Assembly (NCBI RefSeq): GCF_009834535.1
Contig: NC_045707.1
Location: 61,072,001 to 61,136,000 of the forward strand
Length of the DNA: 64,000 nt
Direction of reading: 5' to 3'
Origin: Camelus ferus
Lineage: Eukaryota
Every line of letters starts with the position of its first letter. Within the stretch, counting starts at the first letter, position 1. The translations under genes were made by a program, and so were the position numbers. Positions 63,170-64,000 of the stretch are shown piece after piece. The notes under the pieces were generated by a model. It was not told the origin of the DNA, searched no databases, and worked only from the letters and a program-made list of their open reading frames with translations.

Positions 63170-63705
63170 TGCAGTCATCGGCAATACATGCTTAGAATGT
63201 ACTGAGTTCTGGGTTAGACCACGTAGAAGGCAGAGGAGAAGTAAAGGTCATTCTCTCTTTTAACAGCTTTGTGTCCCAGCTGGAGAGACGAAGTGGCATT
63301 CCCGAGACAAGAGCCGGTGAGACAGGGCAGCGTTATCATGAAATACTGCGTTACTTAAAGGCTCCTAAGAACTGATGAGGTTCAGAGGTGAGGTTCATGA
63401 GTCAATCAGTAACACAGAGAAAAGGTTTCCTTGAAGAGAAGGGAATACTGGGGTTATCCTTGAGCTGTAGTACAATGACTCGATATTATGCAAATACCGA
63501 GGTTGTTCTAAGGCCCATGCCAGCAGAGAGCAGGAGGTGGGCATTCCTGTGGAGGAGCGGATGGGTGAAGCAGAAGCAGAATCACACCTGGTGTGCACTG
63601 GGGGGCCAGGGACCATGTTCACGTCTTCACTGTTGACCTCTACCAGCTAGTGCAGGGCCTGCACGTAGAAGGTACTCTATAAATATTTGATAAATAAACG
63701 GATGA
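63170..63705. mobile_element. L2 fragments (antisense ~63170-63480; sense 3' end ~63600-63705)
   Basis: GGCCAGGGACCATG...CCTGCACGTAGAAGGTACTCTATAAATATTTG is an L2 terminus. The upstream part is degenerate antisense L2. Confidence 0.55.
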
Positions 63706-63940
63706 TGTCTTTGTGGGATATCACCATTCTAGGGCAGCTGGCCCATGAGAACAAAAGACACACTTTGGGAAAAATGGGGAATTAGTTTGGGTTTGTAGAG
63801 GGGAGGTCAATCTGGAAGGGGAAGACAGGGAGAAGAAAGTCAAAGTATCAGAGTACCAAGATATTAAAGGAAAATTATTCCTGTAGAGGGTTTGAAAGGC
63901 ATTTAAGAAACACACCTTCCTGGCACTTTTTTTTTCCTTT

Positions 63941-63989
63941 AAAAAATAAAATAAAATAAAATAAAATAGACCAACCCCCCCCCCCCCCC
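63941..63989. repeat. (AAAAT)n tract and poly-C run
   Basis: Read directly from the sequence. Confidence 0.9.
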
Positions 63990-64000
63990 GATCTCCAGTT

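Overview
This is AT-rich, CpG-depleted eutherian genomic DNA, most likely from a camelid (camel, alpaca, llama or vicuna). The assignment rests on two tRNA-Ala-derived SINEs with vic-1 architecture and on camelid-type L1 3' ends. I found no protein-coding exon, RNA gene, CpG island or CRISPR array that I can support. The longer ORFs in the track are chance ORFs, microsatellite translations, or decayed L1 ORF2 / L2 reverse transcriptase remnants. The window is a mosaic of old interspersed repeats (L2, MIR, L1M, MaLR/ERVL LTRs, hAT and Tigger DNA transposons, a possible CR1/L3) plus a few lineage-specific insertions. These are separated by repeat-free stretches, some of which look regulatory. 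Strand bias weakly suggests a large intron of a + strand gene, which I cannot name. The clearest structural observation is two related ERV1 solo LTRs about 2 kb apart, each with its own perfect 4-bp target-site duplication (TSD). I see no convincing novel biological system. Repeat family names come from my recollection of consensus sequences, not from a database search, and the boundaries of old repeats are approximate.
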